Positions 14,150 to 25,430 of a stretch of DNA of 64,000 nucleotides are shown in pieces. The stretch's first letter is position 1, and every line of letters starts with the position of its first letter. The position numbers and the translations under genes were made by a program. The notes below the pieces were generated by a model. It did no database searches and had not been told where the DNA came from. It saw only the letters and a list, made by a program, of their open reading frames with translations. This DNA comes from Trichoplax adhaerens (Eukaryota > Animalia > Placozoa), in assembly GCF_000150275.1 (NCBI RefSeq), contig NW_002060946.1, forward strand, positions 4,793,454 to 4,857,453, read 5' to 3'.

Positions 14150-15154
14150 CTTAAGATAAATTACCTGGTTTACGACCGGTGCAGCAATGCGGGATAATAA
14201 CTCTGATCAATGATTAGACACAATACAGCGTCTTAGAATATTACCTCAATAACTTCACTATTAAAATAACAAGATCTTCATATTTCCTACTGTATTCTAT
14301 ATCACAGATCATCTTTAATCAATTTGTTTTTATTCATGACGCTTAACAAATTATACTAGTCGTATTGTACAATAGCAATGTTATGCTAATTAGTTAAGGC
14401 ACAGGATAAATCCAGAATAAAGAAACCACATCGCGCATGTTTCTTTACAGGATGCTTATTACAGATTGTCTAGCATAGTAGCCGCTAACTTAAGGTAGAT
14501 TACTAGAGCCTATCAGATGGGGAGTTTATGTATTGTAGTCAATCGTTTCCGTTTGGTAAACCAAGCTATCATGCAAAATTAGAATGGTCACGATCTGTCG
14601 AATACTTTAATAATATCGTATATTGCCCTTAACATTTAAATATAATTTTCCTTAGACTTCATTATTTTTCAACAAAGCGCTAAAAGCAAAGTTAATAATA
14701 ACATCTTTCAATTTATCATAAAATGATGGTCAACATTTAATAACGTTGGATCGATAACATAGAAATATTGTAAAGATTTACGATAATCTTACATCCATTT
14801 ACATTGGATTCGTAACGTGATAGGAAATATAAGATCGTTTCATTCATCCCGAAGATGCCAAAGCATCATCTATTACAACTAATACGCCATATTTATCTAC
14901 TAGTCTTGATAGCACTGATCAGTTACATCAATACCAACAACAGGATAAGTCTGTATTATCAACATTTTCTCAGCTAGTAATGCAATAAGTTTACAACTGA
15001 GATCATAATATAGTAAATATAGATAATATAAGCATAACGAAGCAGAGTGTCATCAGCTTTTACTGACTACTACACACTGTTTCTATATCGCATGTTCTGT
15101 ACATGACCTAAATAATTCTATGCGCGTATTACACAGTGTTGTGAAGAATATTTC

Positions 15155-17315
15155 TTAGCATTTATTTGCCCAATCTGAAAGTAGCTGATGAGCAATAGCT
15201 ACTGGTGGTGGGATAAATACAGGCAAACCATTAATAGCGATAGGTTTCGGCGTACAAGCAATTAATTTCTTGACATCTTGACGTGTAAACCATTTTGCGT
15301 CTTCTAACTCCAGACCATTTATATTGATCTACGAACAAGATATTCCATTAATGATTTAAAAAACCAGTGTGCAAAATACATATACGTACTTGTGCATTTA
15401 CAACTATTATATCCTTATCACTTATTTACCTCAGCGGAAGAGTCTACAGTCACATAGCAACCTATCATTAAGGAGGTATCGCCGATACCCAGTGTCCAAC
15501 CCTGCGTCCCTTGAAATTCTACTGTTTCTGAAAGCACACCGATCTCTTCAGCAACTTCTCTACGCGCACATTCCTCTAGAGATTCACCTGGTTCGCAAAA
15601 ACCGGCTAAACCACTGTATAGCCCCTCCGGAAAACTAGGTTGACGAGCAAGTAAACATTCTCCATCCCGAATGACCAAGGCAGCAACAACTGGCGACACC
15701 TAAGTTGCATCGAAAATGATTACAAAGAATATGATATACGCCATCTCAAGCTATCTAATAATCACATACTTGATACAGTGAAAGCTAAAGCAACCAGAAT
15801 AAATTTACGCGTAGATACTATTTTTATATATTACCTGCGGATAAAATGTAACACGGCAATTCATACAGTATCTTCTGCTGCCACTGAAATATCGATATGT
15901 TTTGTTACCACATCTTGAGCAATATGAGATTGTTTTGTGAAAATGGATGAGTGATAATGCCTATGAAGGATGAAATTTTTCCAATATTGCCATTATTTTC
16001 AGGATAAAATTCACATTTATTGTATTTTACCATAATTAACTGGTGGTGCAGTATGGTTACACAATTATAGCATAAAGATTCACAATGCAAAGTCTAATGA
16101 GACGACACTGACAGTAATTAAAACTGATATTTGTCAGAAGTCTAAAATTATACTCTTGGTCAAGGTGTGAACTTTTGATGATACCTTTAGAAAGAGAGAA
16201 TTTTCGCTGTGTTCTATCAATGTCAGGCTTCGCATGCAACTGTAGAATTTTCCTGGCTGCGATATTTCTATTTCATTCGGGCTAGGCAGAATATCGCTTG
16301 AACACTGGCTTACATCGATTGCGAAGAAAGGCCTATTATCATGTAGTCCGAGGAAGACAAAGTTTGGAACTTCATAATTGTCAGTGTCCATATTGACAAG
16401 TTTTTGTACATCTATAGTAATTCAATGATACCAATAAACAAGCAATATTAGTCTAATCGCTACTTAAGCGAAGTAACAATCAATCTTACACTGTAGTAGT
16501 ATACCTACCCATTGACCATACACAATGAGGTAATGGCGAATGGAATCGAATACTAGCTAAAAGTATTCATTTCCCATGTAAACTATACTGTTTACTGTAC
16601 ATTACAGGCACTGATCCACTATCTAGCACTTCTTTGTGGGAGGCCCATGTATTGGTGTGCCTCTTCGTACGCCTATTTCAGCTAAAAGTTGGATCAATCA
16701 AACAATATGATAGTAGAGTAGTTTACCGTCGTAGCACTTACTGTGCAATACGTTTGTGAATGTTTACAGTGGATTGTATGACTAATAAAATCATCCCTCA
16801 CTTACAAATTATTTATGCACTTTGGTCAACGCAAAACTATTTAGCTGAGTGATATTGTGAGAGACGTCCAGGTCTGTCATGGGCTATTGATGACTTCTAA
16901 TTCATAACAGTACATTCTACAGACATTAAGCAAGCCAGAAGGCACCGACAACGTTAGCCGATGGAAATTGGGGTAAATTAATACGGATGCTAACCCTTAC
17001 ACAATCAATGACAATGCATAGACGTGTCTCCATACCTTGATAGTTTACTTTGGTCATGAGCAAATTACCACGATCTGTCCTTGTCATATAAGGCTTATTT
17101 CCATTAAATATTGCAAATTTTCCATTGAGAAATGCTTGTCGGCATTGATTGTGATCTCTCTCCAGCTCCTCTCGAAGTCGATATTGTTGTAGCGTGAGTC
17201 GATGAACTGCAGTCGATTGGCTTCGATATTGTATAGGAGAAAAATATCGACTGAACGATACTATCTGGTTGGTGCTATCTCGACAAGCAAAGCAACGACC
17301 CCAATAGAAAGCCAT
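15155..17315 (-). CDS. NUDT13: NAD(P)H pyrophosphatase, NudC/NUDT13-like Nudix hydrolase, multi-exon
   Basis: Zinc ribbon CSRCG...CMNC...FYPQ, then VSPVVAALV...CLLARQPSFPEGLYSGLAGFCEPGESLEECARREVAEEIG (Nudix box), ELEDAKWF, PPPVAIAHQLLSDWANKC*. The Arg/Ser-rich N-terminus (MAFYWGRCFACR) resembles a mitochondrial presequence. No ankyrin repeats, which favours NUDT13 over NUDT12. Confidence 0.85.
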
Positions 17316-17614
17316 CGTTGCTAATGCTACCAAGGATAATCTACTTTCACCTTTGCTTCGGCTAGTACGTTGATGCAATTGAATTGGAGTCAGATGGTGC
17401 TGTCTGGTTTAGACAAGAAATCGTAATGTCATTGCAATAGTAAAGCACCCGTAGAGTATATCTAATGGACACTAAGATAACTACACACTAAGCTTAGTTT
17501 ATTGGAATGCCTTGCAATAGCAAAATGGAACAAGTAGAGCGTAGGATACGATGAAATAATATTGAGGAGCATCCGCTAGAAATTTTCGGCCAATCGGCCA
17601 TTCAAGCTGAAGAA

Positions 17615-17625
17615 TTTTGGCGCCA
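17615..17625. promoter_or_regulatory. E2F-like site (TTTTGGCGCCA) near a CCAAT box in the NUDT13 upstream region
   Basis: Matches TTTSSCGC; CCAAT at ~17590; ~300 bp upstream of the NUDT13 ATG. Motif match only. Confidence 0.35.
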
Positions 17626-17859
17626 GCTTGCTTGCGTAACAATGACGACACCACATGACAGCTGCATTAATTCCTATTGTCCACTTGCCAGTGTGCTCTA
17701 TAAGTTGCAAGTGCTACATGATACAGTATACTATAGTTTGTACTGCTCGTTTTTCATGCTACTGTATGGAAAGAGAGACGGATGCCAGATGGGTGGCCGT
17801 TCCGTATAAAATAATTAATGAATTAATAAATAAATAAATAATAATAATAAGGATAATAA

Positions 17860-18625
17860 AAGCGTCTACTGTACTGTACACTGTACAGTGTACAGTACTG
17901 TACAGTACAATACTTTGAGGATCAAAGGCGGAAAGTACTGTACAGTGCACAGTGTACCGGACAATAGACTGTACTATGGTTCCCTCATAGACCGTATCGT
18001 TCCAGACCAACAGCGATAATATCAGCTGTTGAGAGAGAGACGCCTGGTGGCAGGCCATTCAGTACAAAATAACCAGGGGGTTTATCATTCTTCTGGTTAT
18101 TTTACTATACGCGATCACTGAAACCGTCCACCACACTGTATCAAAACAACCAAGTAGCCACTTTGGATGCTTGGCGGATAGTACAGTATAGTTGTAGTAC
18201 TTAATTTACCATAAACTTGACTACTCCGATTATACGCAACTCCGATGTTTTCAATTGACTATCCTGTATCGTATGATTTAAGAATTTCGTGCTAGAGACC
18301 AGTGGTGGGTCCGACTGCTATACCAAGTAGCCATTTTTCGATATTTTAAGGCCTCATTAGTTTTAAAAGTCCGTCTGTCTGAGGGGATGATCAGTTCAGT
18401 CTAGGCCTTTTGCTTCTAGTAGTCTATGCTCGCTATAGTACTGTACAGTACAGTACTGTATCGCACAATTCGTGAATACTGCAGTACTGTACACTGTAGC
18501 CATTTTTCTATATTTAAGGCCTCATTGGGTAAGAAAAGTCCGTCTGTCCAAGTGGTCGGTCAGTCCAGTCCAGTCCAATTTTTCTTCTACAGCACTGTAT
18601 AGAACACTATACAGTTACAGTATGC
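17860..18625. repeat. Degenerate ~172-bp direct repeats plus GTAC/ACTGT-rich palindromic low-complexity tracts
   Basis: GTAGCCA(C/T)TTT recurs at ~18154, ~18327 and ~18496. Copies 2 and 3 share TTTAAGGCCTCATT...AAAAGTCCGTCTGTC. Palindromes such as GTACTGTACAGTAC occur at ~17895 and ~18438. Confidence 0.6.
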
Positions 18626-18943
18626 GGTATCTCACTATTCGGGATGAGTTTCTGTCAGTTAGTGTAATTTCGTGAACGCCGTAAAATTCTGTATAAAATT
18701 GAAAAAACTATTTTGATCAACTCTTCTTCTGTGTGCTATCCAAAAGAAATTGGAAAACTATCTTGTTATTTAAGAATTATTAGAACGATTCTTAAGGTGT
18801 ATCGTAGCAACTATCACCAATGATTCCCCCCATATACCGCAATAAACTGCCTACCTTTCCAAGTCTATTGCATTGCGATGAGCATCTTGTATGGTACGGT
18901 ATAGTCATCTCGACGTCGAGCTGGTCAAAATCAACTCACTCGG

Positions 18944-19022
18944 TATATAGGCGCGTGCGCACATAGAATTCTTCCTTCTAGTCCTTCAATCGTTGCCGTG
19001 CGTTGGAAGCCATTTTTACAAG
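18944..19022 (+). promoter_or_regulatory. RPL34 core promoter and 5'TOP non-coding first exon
   Basis: TATATAG at 18944, pyrimidine tract TTCTTCCTTCT at ~18968, YY1-like GCCATTTT at ~19009, donor AAG|GTCAGT at ~19022. This is a typical ribosomal protein gene layout. Confidence 0.6.
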
Positions 19023-19142
19023 GTCAGTAAATCGACGAAAATTCGTCGCCATCCGTACACAATTTCAACAAATCTTTATTTTATGAACAAGGTAAAACAA
19101 TTTTTTAATGGCGAGTTTCATTTTATCCGTTATAGTTGAATC

Positions 19143-20392
19143 ATGGTGAACGTACGCGTTACTTTAAGACGCCGACTCAGTTACAACACTAAATCCAACA
19201 GGAGAAAAGTGTAAGTTTCCATGTGATAGCTTCTACTGTATTTTAGATTCATTTTAAGCCTACATTCCCTTTTGAAATTGAATTAACAAGCCATAAACTC
19301 TCTTCTTGTCTTATTTTTTCTCATTTAGGGTGAAGACGCCAGGTAGAGCAACATATTTTTACTTATTTCTTCCGTTACAATCAGTGAAAAATAGTGCAAT
19401 CACTACTACAAATGGCTTGATGATAATTGGCCATATAGTGACTATACTTACCATACAAACATGCCAATAGTGGCAATGGATAATTACCGTAACTGCATTG
19501 ATGGACTACATCAGCGATTGTTACTGTAGTGGTTAAAATAATCAAGGCTATTCTACTTGATGTTTTATAAATTACAACGTTAAACTGATTTGCATCGATA
19601 TGACGTTAATGTTTAGGTGGTCGCTTGGTATATCATTATGTAAAGAAGCCTGGCTCTGCACCAAAATGTGGCGATACGAAGACTGCCTTGAGAGGAGTAC
19701 GTTGATATAGCTTGCAATAGTTACTCAATTATAATCACTGTATAGCTGAACTGGATGCAGCTTGTTCAAATAGCATATCTACCAATGATCGCACGCTGTA
19801 GATGGCGATCTTTATAATGACTATTCATTATTCACCTCTGTTCTTTTAGTCGAGCAGCCAGATCGAATCGAATTTAGTCGTGCTTCGATTCCATCACCTA
19901 AGCTGCTTGAGTCATCATCTGTAGTATAAACACCGTTCTTGATTTAAAAAATGATGCAAAGTAATCATTTTATGTCCGGCAATGCTATGTTTCGGCTGAT
20001 GCATGTACAACTGTACTGTACTGTATTGGTAAATACTTGCAAAGAACGATTTAGCTGGATGTTTGATAGTAGTTTGTAATCGGATCTCTTCCATATTATT
20101 TAGATTCGCTCTGTTAGGCCCAAGAAACTTAAAATTATGTCCAAACGAAGAAAGTCTGTTTCAAGAGCCTACGGTGGATGCCTGTGTGCTAAATCTGTTC
20201 GAGAAAGGTGAGTGGTGATTGTTATACTTGTGCAAATGACTAACTACCTCAATTTGTGTAGTACAGCATTCAAACTAACATATGATATGCACTGATCTTT
20301 TGTACAGAATTGTTAGAGCCTTCTTGATCGAAGAGCAAAAGATTGTTCGACGACTCGTGAAGGAACAAACTAAAGGTGCTGGCAAGAAATAA
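19143..20392 (+). CDS. RPL34: 60S ribosomal protein L34 (eL34), 116 aa; exons 19143-19210, 19329-19342, 19617-19696, 20104-20207, 20308-20392
   Basis: [116 protein letters not shown]; all splice phases are consistent. Confidence 0.97.
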
Positions 20393-22249
20393 TCGAAATA
20401 TCACAGTTGTAATACTATAGAAAAAACTTTGAATCTTTACTGTGAATAAAGTACGATTTGAATTATTTGAATTTAAAAGGCAATTTTTATTTCTTGAAAC
20501 TCTCCTACAATTCATGTCATTTACTGTTACCAACTGTACTGCACGTAGCTGACAATTGGATGCTGACGTTAAGTGCCAGCTCTTAAATAGCAATTCAATA
20601 ATTCAGTAAAGTTTCTTTTAACTGGTAGAGACAGCAATATCAAGACATGATAGGATGAAATAGCCCGATAGTGCTATTGTCGACGTTTCTGCTAACCAAA
20701 CTAATGTACTGTTACCTGTCGACACACTAGTGCAACTATGCTTTCGAATTATTATTGATCATTCAACTCCCTACTCAGTACAGTGATTATATTAGTGGTC
20801 AGTGAGGTATTTTAATATTTGTGCTAGTTCTTATTTATTTTTATTACGTGGTAGACCTACTGCTGATTGCAGATTTCGATGCTACCTTTGCGATCGCCTG
20901 ACTATAGATCCACGAAGAGGTATACGTCAAGTATACGATTATGCAATTGCTATTACTGTATGCTGGAAATAATTGATAACTCTTAATCGGTAACAGTTAA
21001 GTTTGCAATAGACAAAATTGCGGGTAGCACAGTTGAATGCTTGACAGATTGATTCATTGCAATCATGATATCGTAGAATGCAACTCTATTTACATCCACA
21101 TTTTCACACACGTAAAATGGATTCCGCAGGCGTGAGCCCCAGCTGGCACGATCATTTTGGCATGTTGGAAGTTCGCAAACAATTAGTAATACAGTATCCC
21201 TCCCTAGTGAGGATTTTGATTACGGTACTGTTATCCTGTCGTGGATGTTACAAACTGTATTGATTAATAACCCGTTGCACCGATTTAAAATAATCAACGC
21301 TGCATGCAAACCGTTGATCATTATCATTCTTGCATAGTCATTAGCCAAAAGTAGACCATCAGCTGTTCGACGATTTTATGTATCAATGTTCTTCCACATC
21401 TGTACACTGCATTCTACAAATTTTGATCGATTGTTAAGTTAGATTGAAACATCTACTGTACAGTATAAAGCTTTACAACAGTCGCCATTGGATTAACCAG
21501 AACTACAGAAAGACGATGGTGTCTTACTGATAGAAAGGATCACTGTTCACTTTCTATGATATTGGTGCCATGTAGACAACAATCCAAAATGGATATCCAC
21601 AGTAGTTCACGTTCAAGTTAATGTAGTAAGAGACACTAGACTTTCAATCAACGACAAAGCTAGAGCATTTAATCCGATAGAAAATCATTTTATTTCTTCT
21701 GATTCAAGCAGCTTTCTTATAATCTTATAATCTATGTTTAACGGGGTTACACAATTGAAACACAGTAAAGGCATGCTGTACGCGTAGCCAATATTATTAC
21801 TACCAATTAATTAGTACTACAGCCTAAGATTACTGAAACAATTTGCCGAAAGGTACACAGCTACATTTATCTTCCCTTCTGTTTTACCACTGTCATTGAC
21901 TGTCCTGATACACTTGGTTGATGTTCACAATCGTAATCATATTAATGAAGCTACACATCAAAATAAGTTAAGTGTAAACAGTCGCCATGATCGATGCTAT
22001 TCTCGTGAAATGACAGTGTCGCTTGATACTAGGCTATCACGAAGAGGTTATTGATATATTTAAATAGAATTTGTCATTGCTATCCCAGAGAGTGTAAGGA
22101 GCATCTTACTCATTGATCAGTACTTCATTACGCTATGCAGAACAGAATTTGTATACAAGTACATCCAAAAATAAAGACTGAATACTGTCATAATACGATC
22201 GGGAATAATTTTATCAACGCTATTCCGTAGTCTTACTTGTAAATATGAA

Positions 22250-23038
22250 TTAAGAAAGCTTTTCCTTGGGTTTTGGCGATCGCAGATAAGTTTTGAAAAA
22301 GAAATTGGCGAATAAAACCAAATAACTAAAATACATTACGCCGGAAGCCATGAGAAGATTCTTTGTAATAGTGCAATCTTTACCTAAGATGAATTGACTA
22401 TGAGCAGCATATGTATTAATACCGCAGCCAACAATCATTTGCACTGTTTGCAATGTGGTAATCAATAAATTGACTTTTTTGGATATTTTAAATTGGCCAG
22501 TAGCTTTGAGAGCATAATAAGAATACATGATGGTATGGACGAAGGCATTGAGTGCAATAAACCAAGTTCCAGTACCCGCCGCTTTGCCATAAGCGTACCA
22601 ACAATAAACTAATACAGTGGCGTGATGATACCAGTGCAGAAAAATGAGTCGATTTTTACGTAAGACAATAAAGGAAGTATCGACCAACTCCACAATTTTG
22701 GAGACGGGAAAGAGCCATATCCAGAATTTAGTTTGCTCATCATAAAACATCCAAGTGGTACAGGTAACATTATAAAAGCCTTGATTATACCAGACAGAAA
22801 TTAATTTGCCGATTGTTTTATAGCTAGTCACAGCGCTATAAACAGCAAGAAAAACATTCCAGTAGAAGAGTTCTCGACGTAAATTCATTGGATTTCGTGA
22901 TTGCATAACATGTTGAGTGACAAAAGTGGCAACAATATAGAAGATGGCAATATAGACCGACAAATGCCAATGATTTGCAGCCCAGCGGATATGAGTATCT
23001 GCATCGAAATTAGTCAAGAAAGCAGATAAATTCTCCAT
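22250..23038 (-). CDS. ELOVL6: Very-long-chain fatty acid elongase, ELOVL3/6 subfamily, single coding exon
   Basis: SKIVELVDTSFIVLRK (KxxExxDT), FLHWYHH histidine box, NAFVHTIMYSYY, TTLQTVQM, MYFSYLVLFANFF, and a C-terminal KEKLS (KxKxx ER retrieval). First ATG at 23038; the ORF track starts at an upstream TTG. Confidence 0.9.
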   Translation of the reverse strand: MENLSAFLTNFDADTHIRWAANHWHLSVYIAIFYIVATFVTQHVMQSRNPMNLRRELFYWNVFLAVYSAVTSYKTIGKLISVWYNQGFYNVTCTTWMFYDEQTKFWIWLFPVSKIVELVDTSFIVLRKNRLIFLHWYHHATVLVYCWYAYGKAAGTGTWFIALNAFVHTIMYSYYALKATGQFKISKKVNLLITTLQTVQMIVGCGINTYAAHSQFILGKDCTITKNLLMASGVMYFSYLVLFANFFFKTYLRSPKPKEKLS

Positions 23039-25040
23039 AGTGAAAAATCCTCCTTTACCACAACAATAAGACAAGGTAATAACTGAAAACTGCTGCGAGC
23101 AACGCTCAAATACTCTGAAGCCGACGTACGGTTAATTAATACTGTTAACTGCTTACTATAGAAATTTCAAAGTGTCCAATTTATTCAACATCGTGCTTAT
23201 TATAAATAGCTTTCACCTATATTATTTAAATTACGCCTTCTATACATAATGATAGACCCAACCTTACCATTTGATACAACATGTAAATAAATTATATATG
23301 TTAATATACTGTATACTAATCCTCTTTTGCTGTGAAAGTGTGAATATATTAAAAAAAAAGCGGCCAATGATCAGATATAGTGCATAGTAAAAAGGTCACA
23401 CAAAAAGGTTATCGCCATTGTCCATTGTCAAGGCTAGTAGAAAGTAGCTGCATACCATGCTTGCATACTATTTTCTATATCACGCTGAGGGAATTTAAGC
23501 AATGTCGATGCAATTCATGCTGGGCAAGCGCTGGCGTTCCCTAGCCAGTAGCCACTACCCAATCTAATTTAAAGTAAAAAAAAATTAACATATGTATAGG
23601 TGGAAATGTATACCGTAAACAATAAGGTCATGTTCAAAATCAAACTCATCATTGAGCCGCAACCACTAGCACTAAAGACACACGGGAAAAATGCCTACAA
23701 GTCGTCAAGGATGCAATGCATTCTTTTTTACACAAGTTGATATTATAATTCAATTGAATACGTCATCTATTGCATTATTGCAACATTTCCATAGTGACAA
23801 TGATCATCAACGTGCACTACAATGGACAATTTTTTATTTTTTCGGTAGTAATGTCGACTTCCTTGATGGATTTCATCATCTCCCTTGATTGTACCGCTGG
23901 TGTTTATTCCTTGCGTTTTTAAATGAATTTATTCATGCCTGATAGCTTACAGTCTTCATTCCGATAACAGGCATGTCTAGCAATCTTGATTTCTCATGTT
24001 ACGGTAGCAATGTCTGCGATTGACCTTGAAAGAGTAAACTATAATAAAAAAAGATTATAGTAATCCTGAATAATCGATTATGATAGGCTAATGCATAAAT
24101 GCATATCAATATCGATAGACTATTAGACTACGTGATATCATATCTTTCATCCAAAGGTATCCATATTTCTTCATCAAGAATCACAGATGTTAGTCAGGAT
24201 ACCGTAATAATGTTGATCTAATAAAGTAAATCAACTACGATGCCAAGTCCAATCCTGTAGATTGTAGGCTAACTTCAGTCACAGCAACCTCCCATTTTTA
24301 TGACAATAACGAAAACTCCAATCATGTGTGTAAATTACAATTAATTCGAGAAACAATCTTTTGATGATGGTGAACACCAAGCAATCAATGATTAAAAAAA
24401 AAGAATCATTGCATATGACCTAGCAGTCTAATAGGATTGCTAAAGATAGCTCACAAGATTGTATACATATTTTACAGTAGCTTCATGGTAAAAATAAAAA
24501 TTAGCCATACGCCTAGATTCAATTACTCGGGAATGATCGAACACGGGTATAGTATTATTCATGTCAACATTGAAAGGTGGAATAGGAGTCAAAGAAAGTA
24601 TTGTAAACACTAGAGTCATCAAAGCAGTCACGTCCGAAAATGAATTCCTCAATGACAAGTAGGCAGGCATGTCTTATATTATTATATAATTACTATTAAT
24701 AATAGTTCCATTTTAATACAAAATATTCAACGCACTCCATGATAGAAGTACAGTATACGTTGTACAGACATCACCTGATTTGCGATCACGAGATCGGCGT
24801 AAAATCACATGGTCTTAATTAAAATTATAGCCATTCATTAAAAATTAATTACCGATCGATCATGCCAGTCTCCCAACAGCATTAACTACAGGTTAACATA
24901 TGGCATGATAATTGTAGTATTTCATTTCCCACTGTTATCAGAGTATTGATGAATCCATTCTGTCTCGATTCAAATTCTTAATGAACAGCATACGAGTATA
25001 CTACCATTATTAATGTTATACCATGATGGTACAGTATAGT

Positions 25041-25430
25041 CCTGTTATGCTATCATATCAATAATGGCGATATACTTTGATGATAATAATTTATTCACTT
25101 TCTCCATATCATTTGAATGAAGAACAAGTATCGTTACTGCTATTATAGTATCAATAATGACGATATGCTTTGACAATTAATTCATTCATTTTAGCGTCCA
25201 TCATGGGTAGACAAGTTGGTCTTGCATTTGAATGAAGAACAAGTACTCATGTGCTTTGATCAATCATTTTACATCATGCCTACCCAAGTTGATCTTAATT
25301 TGAGTGAAGCAAGGACAAGTACTACTGTTATACTATCATACTAACAACAACGATGTGCCTTGATCAATCATTCATGTTACATTATGCCTAACCATGTTGG
25401 TCTTAATTCAAATGAAGAACAAATACTATT
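25041..25430. repeat. Degenerate tandem repeat, ~4 units of variable length
   Basis: ATTTGAATGAAGAACAAGTA at 25111 and 25226, with variants at ~25300 and ~25407, alternates with ...ATCAATAATG(G/A)CGATAT(A/G)CTTTGA-like blocks. Confidence 0.6.
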
